From NCBI GenBank assembly GCA_963678065.2, contig CAXXVZ010000003.1, positions 1,280,001 to 1,344,000 on the forward strand: a stretch of DNA of 64,000 bases, read 5' to 3'. Origin of the DNA: Treponemataceae bacterium. GTDB lineage: Bacteria > Spirochaetota > Spirochaetia > Treponematales > Rectinemataceae. Numbering within the stretch: the stretch's first letter is position 1; the number at the start of each line of letters is the position of its first letter. This document shows positions 1 through 9,392 of this stretch, in pieces. A program made the position numbers and the translations under genes. The notes under the pieces are model-generated. The model worked only from the letters and a program-made list of their open reading frames with translations. It had not been told where the DNA came from and did not search any database.

Positions 1-419
1 TAGAGAGGGACGAGGACCATCTGGGCCGGCACGAAATAGCCGATGAGTATGGCGTAGAACAGACTCTCCGTTACCTTGCTCCTGTACCGGGCAAAAGCGT
101 AGCCCGCGAGACTGGCCGGAGGGATAGTGCAGACGATGGCGCCGAGGCAGACCACGAGGGTGTTGAAAAGACCCTGGTCTATCCTCACCGCCTTCCACGC
201 CTCGGCGAAATTGTTCCAGCGGATCGCTTTGGGCAGAGACCAGGGATGGTAGGCGAACTCGAGCTGGGTTTTGAACACGAAGAGGAAAGGCAGGACGAGG
301 GGAAATATCACGACGAGCGCCACTATGATAAGTATGAGCGTGGCGACGATTTCGGGGAGTCCGTGGCGTACGCGCAGGGCGCTCCGCACACGGGCGATCG
401 CGGTTTTGGCCGGCTTCAT
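1..419 (-). CDS. Carbohydrate ABC transporter permease (MalG-type), runs off the window edge
   Basis: ATG at 419 overlaps the TGA of the upstream permease. It translates MKPAKTAIARV...LIIVALVVIFPLVLPFLFVFKT...IRWNNFAEAW, a typical second permease. Confidence 0.85.
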   Translation of the reverse strand, partial: MKPAKTAIARVRSALRVRHGLPEIVATLILIIVALVVIFPLVLPFLFVFKTQLEFAYHPWSLPKAIRWNNFAEAWKAVRIDQGLFNTLVVCLGAIVCTIPPASLAGYAFARYRSKVTESLFYAILIGYFVPAQMVLVPL

Positions 420-1354
420 ATGGTCCCGCTCTCCTTCTTGCCCAGAGTGAACTGCAGGATGGTGAAGACGAGCGAGAGAACGAAGATCACGACGCCGATG
501 GCAGCCGCCTTGCCGTAGTTCCAGTTCACGAAGCCGTGGCGGTACAGCGTGATGCCGAGGGTCACCGTCGCGTTGCCGGGCCCTCCCGTTGTCATCATGT
601 TGGGCAGATCGAAGAGTTTGAGGCTTCCGACCGTGCAGAGCACGGCGAGTATGCGGAAGGGGTAGTTGAGATCGGGGAGGACCACGCTCCAGGCGTATCG
701 CCATCCAGACGCCCCGTCGAGCTGTGCGGCCTCCCGCACTTCGCGGGGGATCTGCTCGATTCTCGCCATGAGATAGATGATGGGAAAGCCGGTGTAGGCC
801 CAGGTGGCGAGCGCGAAGATGGACCAGAAGGCGAGATTCGGGTTCCCGAGGAAATCTATCGATGCGAGCCACTTCCATCCCAAGGCTTTGGCGGCGCTCG
901 CGATGATGCCGTACTTGGGCGCGAAGATGAACTTGCCGAGCATGGCCGTGATGGCCGAAGGCAGGACGTTGGACAGGTAGAAGATAGTCCTTAAGGGGCC
1001 CGTGAACGTGTTCGCGTAGTAGGTCAGACAGAAGGCTATGGCGAAGGCGAGAGGAAGCTGTATGACGATGCTCCAGAATGCCCAGGCGAAGACGTGAAGG
1101 AGTCCCGCGAGGAATTCCTCATTGGCGAAGAGTTTCGCATAGTTGTCCACGCCGATGAACACCTCGTCGGAGAGCCCCGTCGACTTCATGAGGGATAAGC
1201 GGAAGGTCTCCTCGATGGGGTAATAGAGGAATACGACAAGAAAGGCGATGGCGGGAAGCACGCAGAGGAAGACGAACACGGATCTTCCCGGATCGCGCTT
1301 TCGCCTGCGTCCTCGCCCCGCCAGGGACGCGGGTTTCCCTTGTCTCTTGTTCAC
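416..1354 (-). CDS. Carbohydrate ABC transporter permease (MalF-type)
   Basis: Hydrophobic protein with EAA loop (REAAQLDGAS), FIGVDNY and TTGGPG motifs. Confidence 0.9.
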   Translation of the reverse strand: MNKRQGKPASLAGRGRRRKRDPGRSVFVFLCVLPAIAFLVVFLYYPIEETFRLSLMKSTGLSDEVFIGVDNYAKLFANEEFLAGLLHVFAWAFWSIVIQLPLAFAIAFCLTYYANTFTGPLRTIFYLSNVLPSAITAMLGKFIFAPKYGIIASAAKALGWKWLASIDFLGNPNLAFWSIFALATWAYTGFPIIYLMARIEQIPREVREAAQLDGASGWRYAWSVVLPDLNYPFRILAVLCTVGSLKLFDLPNMMTTGGPGNATVTLGITLYRHGFVNWNYGKAAAIGVVIFVLSLVFTILQFTLGKKESGTI

Positions 1355-1539
1355 GTCGCGCGACCTCCGTCGGGAATACTGTAATGTGGAAGAAAGATTT
1401 GCTCAATCGACACGCTCGCGGCACGTTGCGAGGCATGATCCCGCCCGCGAATCGACACACTTTGCAGCGAGCCGCGGGGCATGGAACCCACTTCCACATC
1501 AAAATGCGATTGCGGCACAAAGCCGCCGGAGGTGGGATG

Positions 1540-1571
1540 CGGCGGGAGGTGGGGAAAGCCCCCTCCCGCCG
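1540..1571 (-). terminator. GC-rich stem-loop after the binding-protein gene (terminator or mRNA stabiliser)
   Basis: CGGCGGGAGG...CCTCCCGCCG inverted repeat; no clear U tract. Confidence 0.45.
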
Positions 1572-1583
1572 ACCGACTTGCGT

Positions 1584-2843
1584 TTACTTTTTGACCGGAC
1601 CCATGCTTTCTACACACAGGGCTTCGAACGACGAGAGAGATTTCTTTGCGTCGGAGTCGGGGAGGAAGAAGGTCTGAATCGTGTCGTTGAGCGGCGACGT
1701 GACGGTGGGCGGAAGGTCCTGATCCCACCAGAAGGTGACAGTCTTGGCCGTGGCGAAGACGGCTGCGGCCTGGGTGGTGAGGGCGGTCTTCGCCTTCACG
1801 CCGGGCACGGAGCAGATGCGGCCGGGTTCGGCCTGGCAAGCCTCGGCGCTCATCGCGTACTTCATGAATTTGACGACGGCGTCCTTCTTGGATGCGGAGG
1901 CCTTGGTGGCTGCGAAGCCGATATCCGTCATTCCCATGATGTCGGCGGCCGTGCCGACTCCGCCTGTCTTCAGGGCAGGGAAGGCGTAGAAGCCGATGGT
2001 CTGGTCGGTGAACTCTTTGTTGGAATACTGGGCGCACATCCATGATCCCGTGACATGCATGGCGGCTGAGCCCGTGGCCATGAGCTGCTGGGCGTCGCCG
2101 TAGCTCTCGCCTAAGGGGGTCGCGCCGAAGTAGCCCTTCTTGATCCAGGTCTGGTAAAGCTGGGCGGCCTTCTCGAAGGCATCGGAGTTGTATGCGAGTT
2201 TCCTGGCCGCTGCCTTGGCCGAAGCGTCTCCGCCGAAGCGGTTCGTCAGGTACATGTACATGGCGAGGGCCGGCCACTTGTCCTTCTCGCCGCAGGCGAA
2301 GGGCTGTATCCCCTTGGCCTTGAGCGCGTCGCAGACCTTCTCGAAGTCCTCGACGGTGGCCGGAACCTTGAGGCTGTTGGCCTTGAAGATGCCTTCGTTG
2401 ACGAATATGCCGGCGACCGCGAAGAAGGGCGCGACACCGTAGATCTTGCCCTTCCACGTCATCGCTTGTTGGGCTGCCGCGCTGCCGGGGACGGTTTTGA
2501 GCTCGGCCGTGAGATCGAGAAGTTGACCTGCGTCCGCGTAGCCGCCCATGACCGAGCCGCCCCAGGACTGGAAGATATCCGGGAGACCGGAGCCCGAGGC
2601 CATCGTGATCTTGGTTTTGTCCGCGAGTCCTGGATCGCCAAGCGCGATGTAGTCGAGCTGGATCTCCGGATACTTGGCCATGAAGCCGCTCACGAGGGCT
2701 TTTACGTAGGCGTGATCGGCCGAGTCGTCGGGGATATCCCGTCCCCAGATCGTCAGTTTGGTGGTCTTCTGCGCGAATAGCGTAGGTGTGAAAAACAGGC
2801 TGAAGACGAAAAGGGTCAATGCGAAGATACTTCGTTTCTTCAT
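1584..2843 (-). CDS. Carbohydrate ABC substrate-binding protein (family 1)
   Basis: Signal peptide, LPDIFQSWGG, GKIYGVAP and P.T.EDF motifs; GGAGGAG RBS; next to two permeases. Confidence 0.9.
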   Translation of the reverse strand: MKKRSIFALTLFVFSLFFTPTLFAQKTTKLTIWGRDIPDDSADHAYVKALVSGFMAKYPEIQLDYIALGDPGLADKTKITMASGSGLPDIFQSWGGSVMGGYADAGQLLDLTAELKTVPGSAAAQQAMTWKGKIYGVAPFFAVAGIFVNEGIFKANSLKVPATVEDFEKVCDALKAKGIQPFACGEKDKWPALAMYMYLTNRFGGDASAKAAARKLAYNSDAFEKAAQLYQTWIKKGYFGATPLGESYGDAQQLMATGSAAMHVTGSWMCAQYSNKEFTDQTIGFYAFPALKTGGVGTAADIMGMTDIGFAATKASASKKDAVVKFMKYAMSAEACQAEPGRICSVPGVKAKTALTTQAAAVFATAKTVTFWWDQDLPPTVTSPLNDTIQTFFLPDSDAKKSLSSFEALCVESMGPVKK

Positions 2844-3028
2844 GAAAGCTCCTCCGTATGCGGGGAATAGATTCGCGGCGTTTGCCGCGTTCTCTGCTAC
2901 CTACCTTACCCCCCATCCGCATATCCCAAAATAGGGTAAACATCGCATTCAGGGATAGGATATTTCACCTATGCGGTCGCGCAGATACACAGTGTACATG
3001 CATCACCCAGCGCACTATCCTCGTGCGT

Positions 3029-3820
3029 ATGAGCACTTCGAGTTGTGTATTCGATTTTCGGGACAGCACTGTCCTCGTCACAGGGGCGTCGGGAGGCCTC
3101 GGGGCGGGCATCTGCCGCGTCTTCGCCGAGGCGGGCGCGCGGCTCGCGATTCATTACCATTCGGGCCGCGAGCGCGCAGAGGCTCTGGCGGCCACCCTCC
3201 CCCACCCCGAACGCCACATTCTCGTATGCGCCGAGGCGGGGGATGAATCCTCGGTCGCGGCATGCATGGAGCGCGTGGCCGAGGCCCTTGAAAGCGATCA
3301 TCTCGACGTTCTCATCAACAACGCGGGGATCTATCCGGTCGCCCCCCTCGAGAAAATCACGGAAGCATCGTGGCGCGAGGTTCTCGACGCCAGCCTCACG
3401 GCGGCCCACCTTTTCACGCGGTCCGCCCTTCGACTCATGGGCAGCGGCTCATCGATCGTCAATGTGGCCTCGATCGAGGCCTACAGGCCCGCGGCGGGTC
3501 ACGCCCACTATGCCGCGGCTAAGGCCGCCCTTATCCAGTACACGAAATCGACGGCCCTCGAGCTCGGCCCCAAGGGCATACGGGCCAATTCCATATCGCC
3601 GGGGCTCGTGTGGCGCGAGGGCCTCGAGGAAGCGTGGCCCGAAGGCTACCGGCGCTACGTCCAGGTCGCTCCTCTCGGGAGGACTGCTTTGCCCGAGGAA
3701 GTCGGCGCGGCCTGCCTCTTCCTCGCTTCAGGCGCCGCCTCCTTCATCACGGGCGCAGACCTCGCGGTGGATGGAGGGACGAGCGTGGTGGCTGCGCAGG
3801 ATCTTTTCAGACCTGTCTGA
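3029..3820 (+). CDS. SDR family oxidoreductase (FabG-like)
   Basis: TGASGGLG, NNAG, YAAAK and IRANSISPG motifs; start chosen at ATG 3029. Confidence 0.9.
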   Translation: MSTSSCVFDFRDSTVLVTGASGGLGAGICRVFAEAGARLAIHYHSGRERAEALAATLPHPERHILVCAEAGDESSVAACMERVAEALESDHLDVLINNAGIYPVAPLEKITEASWREVLDASLTAAHLFTRSALRLMGSGSSIVNVASIEAYRPAAGHAHYAAAKAALIQYTKSTALELGPKGIRANSISPGLVWREGLEEAWPEGYRRYVQVAPLGRTALPEEVGAACLFLASGAASFITGADLAVDGGTSVVAAQDLFRPV

Positions 3821-3865
3821 GCGCCGCCGTGGCGGGCGGGCTCAGGCAGGTCCCGCGCAAGCCTC

Positions 3866-5134
3866 TTATGCCCGCGCAAAGAGGAGGGCCGCGCGGCGGC
3901 GGGCCTCCCCGAGAACTTCCTCCTCTCCCTCGATCCGCCCCTTCCGCATGAGGACGGCGCCTGCGCAGATCGTGGTGTCCACCGACGCGCCCGATCCTGC
4001 GTACACGAGATTGGAGGCCAGGTCGTGGCAGGGCGTCATGGCGGCCCGCCTGAGGTCGATGAGGAGGATGTCGGCCGTCGCTCCTGCCTCGATCCTGCCG
4101 CCGCCTGTCTCAAAGAGCTCGTGACCCCTCGTCGAGGCAGCGTCGAGGATCTCGTTCACGGGCAGACGCCGGGAGTCCCGATAGTGCTGTTTCTGGAGCA
4201 GTCCCGCGATCTTCATGTCCGAAAAGAGATCCAGCGAGTTGTTCGAGGCCGCCCCGTCCGTGCCGAGGAGGACGCGGATGCCTCTCTTCCTCGCCGCCTC
4301 ATAGTCGAAGGCGGGCCCCGAGGCGAGCTTCATGTTGGAGACAGGGTTGTGGGCCACCGTGACTCCCCGCGCGGCGAGGATGTCGAAGTCCCTTTCGTCC
4401 AGCCACAGACAATGCGCGGCGATGGTCCTGGGCCCAAGGGCTCCGAGGGAGTCGAGGTAGGCCGCGGGCGACAGCCCCGTCCTCTTGCGGCACTCCCTGT
4501 CCTCCTCCTCGGTCTCGGCGAGGTGGAGCTGGAGGAAAAGTCCGCGCTCGCGGGAGAGTTCTCCGAGGAACCGGAGGCTCTCGCTCGCGGTCGCGTAGAC
4601 CGAGTGCGCGGCGAGGCAGAAGCGCGACAGAGACCCGCAGTCGGGCCGGGCGTCGAGGAAAGACAGGCAGGCAGCCCGCTGCTCAGCCGCCCTCCCCTCG
4701 TCGAGCCCATCGATGAGCGCGTAGGAGAGGATGAAGCGCATCCCCGAATCGCGGGCCGCGCGCGCCTGGGCCTCAGGGTAGATATACATATCGCAGCAGA
4801 CCGTCGTGCCGCTCTTCGCCATCTCGAGCGCGGCGAGGCGCATACCCCAGTAAACGTCTTCCTCCGTCATCCGGGCCTCGCGGGGCCATACGGCCTCCCG
4901 CAGCCAGGGCAAAAGTTCCATATCCTCGGCCACGCCGCGCAGAAGGGTCATGGCGGAATGGGCGTGGGCGTTCACGAGCGAAGGGATGGCCGCCATTCCC
5001 CGGGCGTCGATGACCTCGAGCCCCCCGGGCAGAGAGTCCTCTATCCGCGGCTCCAGGCGGGTTATGCGGTCGCCTTCTATGAGAATATCGGCCTCTGCGC
5101 CGCCGATGAGCGCGCTCCGTATCAGGATGCCCAT
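3866..5134 (-). CDS. mtaD: MTA/SAH/5'-deoxyadenosine deaminase-like amidohydrolase
   Basis: NAHAH, HLAET, AAHC, HNPVSNMKLASG and GTDGAASNN motifs; directly follows PNP. Confidence 0.75.
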   Translation of the reverse strand: MGILIRSALIGGAEADILIEGDRITRLEPRIEDSLPGGLEVIDARGMAAIPSLVNAHAHSAMTLLRGVAEDMELLPWLREAVWPREARMTEEDVYWGMRLAALEMAKSGTTVCCDMYIYPEAQARAARDSGMRFILSYALIDGLDEGRAAEQRAACLSFLDARPDCGSLSRFCLAAHSVYATASESLRFLGELSRERGLFLQLHLAETEEEDRECRKRTGLSPAAYLDSLGALGPRTIAAHCLWLDERDFDILAARGVTVAHNPVSNMKLASGPAFDYEAARKRGIRVLLGTDGAASNNSLDLFSDMKIAGLLQKQHYRDSRRLPVNEILDAASTRGHELFETGGGRIEAGATADILLIDLRRAAMTPCHDLASNLVYAGSGASVDTTICAGAVLMRKGRIEGEEEVLGEARRRAALLFARA

Positions 5135-5152
5135 GATTTCCCCTTTTTCCGC

Positions 5153-5971
5153 CTACGAGGCGAGTTCGATTATCCGGCGAATGAGGGCAGAGAACTCGGG
5201 ACGGCGACGCGCCGAAATCTCGAGGACTTCCTCGCTCGTGATGGGCTGATCGAGCATTCCGGCGCCCATGTTCGTGATGCACGATATGCCGAGCGTCCTG
5301 AGTCCGCAGTGGACGGCGGCGATGGCTTCGGGCACCGTCGACATGCCGACGGCGTCCGCGCCCAGGATGCGTGCCATCCTGATTTCGGCGGGCGTTTCGA
5401 AGCTGGGGCCGAGGAACCACGCGTAAACGCCCTCCCGCAGGCCGATTCCCAGCTCATCTCCCGCTCGCCGGGCCAGGGCGCGGAGCGCGGGATCGTAAAC
5501 GCGGGACATGTCGGGGAAGCGGGGCCCGAGACTGTCGTCGTTCGGTCCGACGAGGGGATTCCTGCCCGCGAGGTTGACGTGATCGCGTATGATCATGAAA
5601 TCCCCGGGAGCGTAGTCGGAATTCACTCCTCCCGCCGCGTTCGTCAGAACGAGACACTTTACGCCGAGGAGCCGGAAGGTCCGCACGGGGAAGGTCACGC
5701 GATCGAGGGGATGCCCTTCGTAGCAGTGGAATCGTCCCTGCATCAGGAGGATTGGTTTCCCGGCGAGGCGGCCTGCCACGAGGCGGCCGGCATGTCCGGG
5801 CGCAGTCGACGCGGGAAAGCCGGGTATCGACGTGTAGGGTATGACGACGGGAGACTCGACCTCGTCGGCGAGGCCCCCGAGACCGGAGCCGAGAACGAGG
5901 GCCATGTCCGGCACCTCGCGTATTCTGGAGCGGATATAGTCGGCCGCCACCTGAATTTCTTCCTGAGACAT
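5153..5971 (-). CDS. punA: Purine nucleoside phosphorylase (trimeric type, 6-oxopurine signature)
   Basis: VLGSGLG, PGHAG, QGRFHCYEG, TNAAGG, FETPAE, VGMSTVPE and ITN motifs; GGAGGG RBS before ATG 5971. Confidence 0.92.
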   Translation of the reverse strand: MSQEEIQVAADYIRSRIREVPDMALVLGSGLGGLADEVESPVVIPYTSIPGFPASTAPGHAGRLVAGRLAGKPILLMQGRFHCYEGHPLDRVTFPVRTFRLLGVKCLVLTNAAGGVNSDYAPGDFMIIRDHVNLAGRNPLVGPNDDSLGPRFPDMSRVYDPALRALARRAGDELGIGLREGVYAWFLGPSFETPAEIRMARILGADAVGMSTVPEAIAAVHCGLRTLGISCITNMGAGMLDQPITSEEVLEISARRRPEFSALIRRIIELAS

Positions 5972-5985
5972 GTTCCCTCCGCAGT

Positions 5986-6026
5986 AAAAGCCGCCCCAAA
6001 GGCTTTTTTTTAGTCTTTGGGGCGGC
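5986..6026 (-). terminator. Intrinsic terminator-like hairpin between the BMP gene and PNP
   Basis: GCCGCCCCAAAG...CTTTGGGGCGGC followed by TTTT on the minus strand. Confidence 0.6.
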
Positions 6027-6101
6027 GTGATTCGTGTCGCCCTGGGGCGCAGATCCGGGCGATGCCCAGCGCTGATGCCGCCGGACACCACCCGATGTGG
6101 G

Positions 6102-7133
6102 TCACTTCTTGATGCCGAGCTCGGCGAGAGTCGCGGGGACTTTCACTTTGCCGGAGGCGATGTCCGTTTTGGCCTTGGACACCGCGCTCTTCACGTCCGC
6201 CGGGACGATGCTGTCGTGCTGGTGGAAGGGAGCGATGTCGATCGCGCCTTCCGCGATGCCGAAGACGCGGTTCTGCCCGCCCTTGAGCTTCCCGTTGACG
6301 AGATCCTTGATCGCGAGATATGCCGACATGGTCGTACCTTTGAGGGCGGAGGTGAGAACGTAGGCCGGGGCCGCGGCGTTCTGATCGACGTCGGCGCCCA
6401 TCGCGAAGATCTTCCGCTCGCGGGCAGCGTCGATGACGCCCATGCCGGTGAGCCCGGCGATCTGGAGGACGATGTCCGCGCCCTGATCGATGAGGGCGAT
6501 CGTCGCTTCCTTGCCCTTGGCGGGGTCGCCGAAGGTGCCTGTCACGATGTAGCGCACATCGACGGTGGGATTGACCGATTTCGCGCCCGCGATAAAGCCG
6601 GCGAGGTAGCGCTCGACGGGGGGAATGTCCATGCCGAGCACGGCGCCGATCACGTTCTTGTCGTTGAGGAGGGGGGAATTCTTGTAGTATTTCTTCGTCA
6701 TGGAGCCCGCGACGATACCGGCAAGGTAGCCCGCCTCCTGCTCGCGCCAGCTGATACCGATGAGATTCGCGGGAATGTTGTCCCCGTAGGTGTGGTCGAT
6801 GCCGGCGTACATGGTCTGCGGATTGGCCTTGGCCGCTTCCTGGATCTGCTCCACCATGAGGAAACCTACACCGAACACCAGCTTGGCGCCGTCCTCGGCG
6901 AGGCCCGTGAGATTCGGGACATAGTCGGTCATGGCGTGGGCTTCGACGACCTTCACCTTCGCGAGGCCTTCGGCTTCGGCTTTCTTGAGACCGGCCCAGA
7001 CGCCATCGTTGAAGGAACCGTCGCCGAGGCCGTTGGCGTCGGTCGTCATAGCCACGAGTGGCTTGCCCTGGGCGCTTGCGGCTGTCGCGAAGACCGTGGC
7101 GATGATGAGCATCGCGATGAGAACTCTCTTCAT
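6102..7133 (-). CDS. BMP family (PnrA-like) nucleoside ABC substrate-binding protein
   Basis: Signal peptide; GLGDGSFN, EAGYLAG, GTFGDPAKGK, GADVDQ and LTSALK motifs. Confidence 0.9.
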   Translation of the reverse strand: MKRVLIAMLIIATVFATAASAQGKPLVAMTTDANGLGDGSFNDGVWAGLKKAEAEGLAKVKVVEAHAMTDYVPNLTGLAEDGAKLVFGVGFLMVEQIQEAAKANPQTMYAGIDHTYGDNIPANLIGISWREQEAGYLAGIVAGSMTKKYYKNSPLLNDKNVIGAVLGMDIPPVERYLAGFIAGAKSVNPTVDVRYIVTGTFGDPAKGKEATIALIDQGADIVLQIAGLTGMGVIDAARERKIFAMGADVDQNAAAPAYVLTSALKGTTMSAYLAIKDLVNGKLKGGQNRVFGIAEGAIDIAPFHQHDSIVPADVKSAVSKAKTDIASGKVKVPATLAELGIKK

Positions 7134-7209
7134 TCTATGCCTCCTTGAACACTAAAAAATTCCCCCGTGGGGGATCTTGGCCGGTCTCCTACGAGCCGGC
7201 GCTGTCGCC

Positions 7210-8169
7210 TCATTCGCCCTCTCCCTCGACAGTGAAGTCCTTCCCTACGGCGGCTGGCGGCCTGGATTTCCGGACGAGGCCGGCCACCGCGATTATCGTC
7301 ATGACGTAGGGGAAAACCAGGAATATCTCGGAGGGAAGTTTCAGGATTCCGATGCTCTGAGCGCGCAGCTGGAGCGCGTCGACGAAACCGAAGAACAGCG
7401 AAGCGAGGAATGCGCCCACAGGGCGCCAGCCTCCGGCGATGTTGGCGGCGAGAGCTATGAAACCGCGGCCGTCCGTCATGCCTTCGGTGAAGGAATTCGA
7501 GTTTTCTATCGAGAGGAAGGCGCCGGCGATGCCACACAGAAGGCCGGAGAAGGCGAGAGCCACGTAGCGCACGCGCACGACGGAACGGCCGAGTGTTTCG
7601 AGCGCCATGGGATGCTCGCCTGAGGCCTCCATGGAGAGGCCGAGGCGGGTCCTCTTGAATATCCAATACCAGACGAAGACAGAGAGCAGCGCGATGTACA
7701 CGATGGGTGTCTGGTTGAAAAACGCGGGCCCGATGAAAGGTATGTCCGAGAGCAAGGGGATGGCGAATTTAAAATCATGGAGGGTGCGCGCGACCGCGTT
7801 CGAGGTGCCTTGCCGCCCGAAGACTACCATCATGAGGTAGCGCGTGAGGCCGAAGGCGAGAATGTTCATGATGGCGCCGGCGACAACGTGGTTTATGTGA
7901 AGGGAGATGGCGGCCCAGGCGAAGAACAGGGAGAAGAGAAGACCTGCGGCCATGCCGGCCGCGAGACCGATCCAGGGGTTGCCCGTCGCCCAGCCCGCCC
8001 AGGCGGCGAAGAAGGCGCCGACGAGCATGACACCCTCCATGGCGATATTCGTGATCCCGCTTCTCTCGCAGATCACGGCTGCGAGGGCGGCGAGGGTCAC
8101 CGGCGTCGCCAGCCGCACCGTGGCCTCGAGGAGTTGGGGCGTAAAAAGAGCGATCAAGAGTCCTGTCAT
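7210..8169 (-). CDS. Nucleoside ABC transporter permease (NupC-like)
   Basis: ERSGITNIAMEG, GEHP and GRGFIALAA motifs; the real start is ATG 8169, overlapping the upstream stop. Confidence 0.9.
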   Translation of the reverse strand: MTGLLIALFTPQLLEATVRLATPVTLAALAAVICERSGITNIAMEGVMLVGAFFAAWAGWATGNPWIGLAAGMAAGLLFSLFFAWAAISLHINHVVAGAIMNILAFGLTRYLMMVVFGRQGTSNAVARTLHDFKFAIPLLSDIPFIGPAFFNQTPIVYIALLSVFVWYWIFKRTRLGLSMEASGEHPMALETLGRSVVRVRYVALAFSGLLCGIAGAFLSIENSNSFTEGMTDGRGFIALAANIAGGWRPVGAFLASLFFGFVDALQLRAQSIGILKLPSEIFLVFPYVMTIIAVAGLVRKSRPPAAVGKDFTVEGEGE

Positions 8170-9392
8170 GCCTTGGCTCCTTTCCGGCCGCGGAAGAGGC
8201 GTTCGTAGATCGTCTCGGCGAGCATGAGAAAGAGGATGGTGCCTTTGACAATCTCTATGATCGCGTTGGGCGTCTGAACCGTCCTCGCCATGTATTGGCC
8301 GCCCGAATCGAGAACGCCCCAGAGCAGCGCGGTGAAAATGATGGCTATGGGATCGTTCCTCGCGAGCAGCGCGATGGAAATGCCGTTCCAGCCGTAGCCG
8401 GCGTTGAGGTTCTGGAACATGCGGTGATCGAGACCGAGCACCTGTGTCACTCCCGAAAGCGCCGCGAGCGACCCCGATATGAGGAGGCTCGCCGCGGTTA
8501 TCCACGGAACAAAGATGCCCTGGGTGCGCGCGGCTGCGGGGTTGGCGCCCACCGCGCGCACCTTGAAGCCCAGGTCCGTCTTCTCGAGGATGAAGCGTAC
8601 GAGAAAGCAGGTGGCGATGGCGATGAGGATGCCGATGTGGAGGCGGTAGTTGGCGTTGGGGAGAAAATCCTTGAAAAGGGGGAGGAAAAAGGTCTCCCTG
8701 ATGGGGTCCGTCGTGTAGGGATGGGTGGTGAGAGCAGGATCGCCGCCGTTCGCCCTGATGAACATCGACGAGAGGGTGCGTGTGGCGTAGGCGAACATCA
8801 TCGTCGTGATCACTTCGTGCGCGCCCGTCTTGACCTTGAGTATCGCGGGGATGGCGTTGAGGGCCGCGCCGAAAAGGGCGCCCGCGACGAAGACGAGGGG
8901 TATGGCGACAAGGGGCGGCAGGTTGAGGTTGAGACCGAGCCAGGTCGCGACCATGACGCCAATGTAGTATTGCCCCTCGGCGCCGATGTTGAAGAGGCCT
9001 CCCTTGAACGCGAAGGCGATCGCGAGGCCGGTGAAGATGAGCGGCGTCGCGTTGAGGATGGCGATGTGCCAGTTTTTTACGAGGCCGCCGTAGAAGAGAG
9101 CCTTGTAGGACGCGATGGGGTCGAAGCCCGTGAAGGCCATGATGGCGGCGCCGATGATGAGGGCCGAGCATATGCCAGCGACGGGGATCGCCGCGCGGAC
9201 GAGGATGCGGCGCGCCGCGCGCCCGGTCTCGACCGCTCCGAGGGCGGCAAACCTTTCGATGCATACCAGAATCAGAGCAGCCGCGATGAGCCACAGCCCC
9301 CGGAAATACGAGGCCAGGTACAGAATCGCCCCCGCGACACCGAGGAGCGCCGCGAAAACACCCAGCAGCCGTCTGGGAAGTGGCATTTTCAC
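8166..9392 (-). CDS. Nucleoside ABC transporter permease (NupB-like)
   Basis: GLFNIGAEGQ, EVITT and GYGWNGI motifs. Confidence 0.9.
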   Translation of the reverse strand: MKMPLPRRLLGVFAALLGVAGAILYLASYFRGLWLIAAALILVCIERFAALGAVETGRAARRILVRAAIPVAGICSALIIGAAIMAFTGFDPIASYKALFYGGLVKNWHIAILNATPLIFTGLAIAFAFKGGLFNIGAEGQYYIGVMVATWLGLNLNLPPLVAIPLVFVAGALFGAALNAIPAILKVKTGAHEVITTMMFAYATRTLSSMFIRANGGDPALTTHPYTTDPIRETFFLPLFKDFLPNANYRLHIGILIAIATCFLVRFILEKTDLGFKVRAVGANPAAARTQGIFVPWITAASLLISGSLAALSGVTQVLGLDHRMFQNLNAGYGWNGISIALLARNDPIAIIFTALLWGVLDSGGQYMARTVQTPNAIIEIVKGTILFLMLAETIYERLFRGRKGAKA

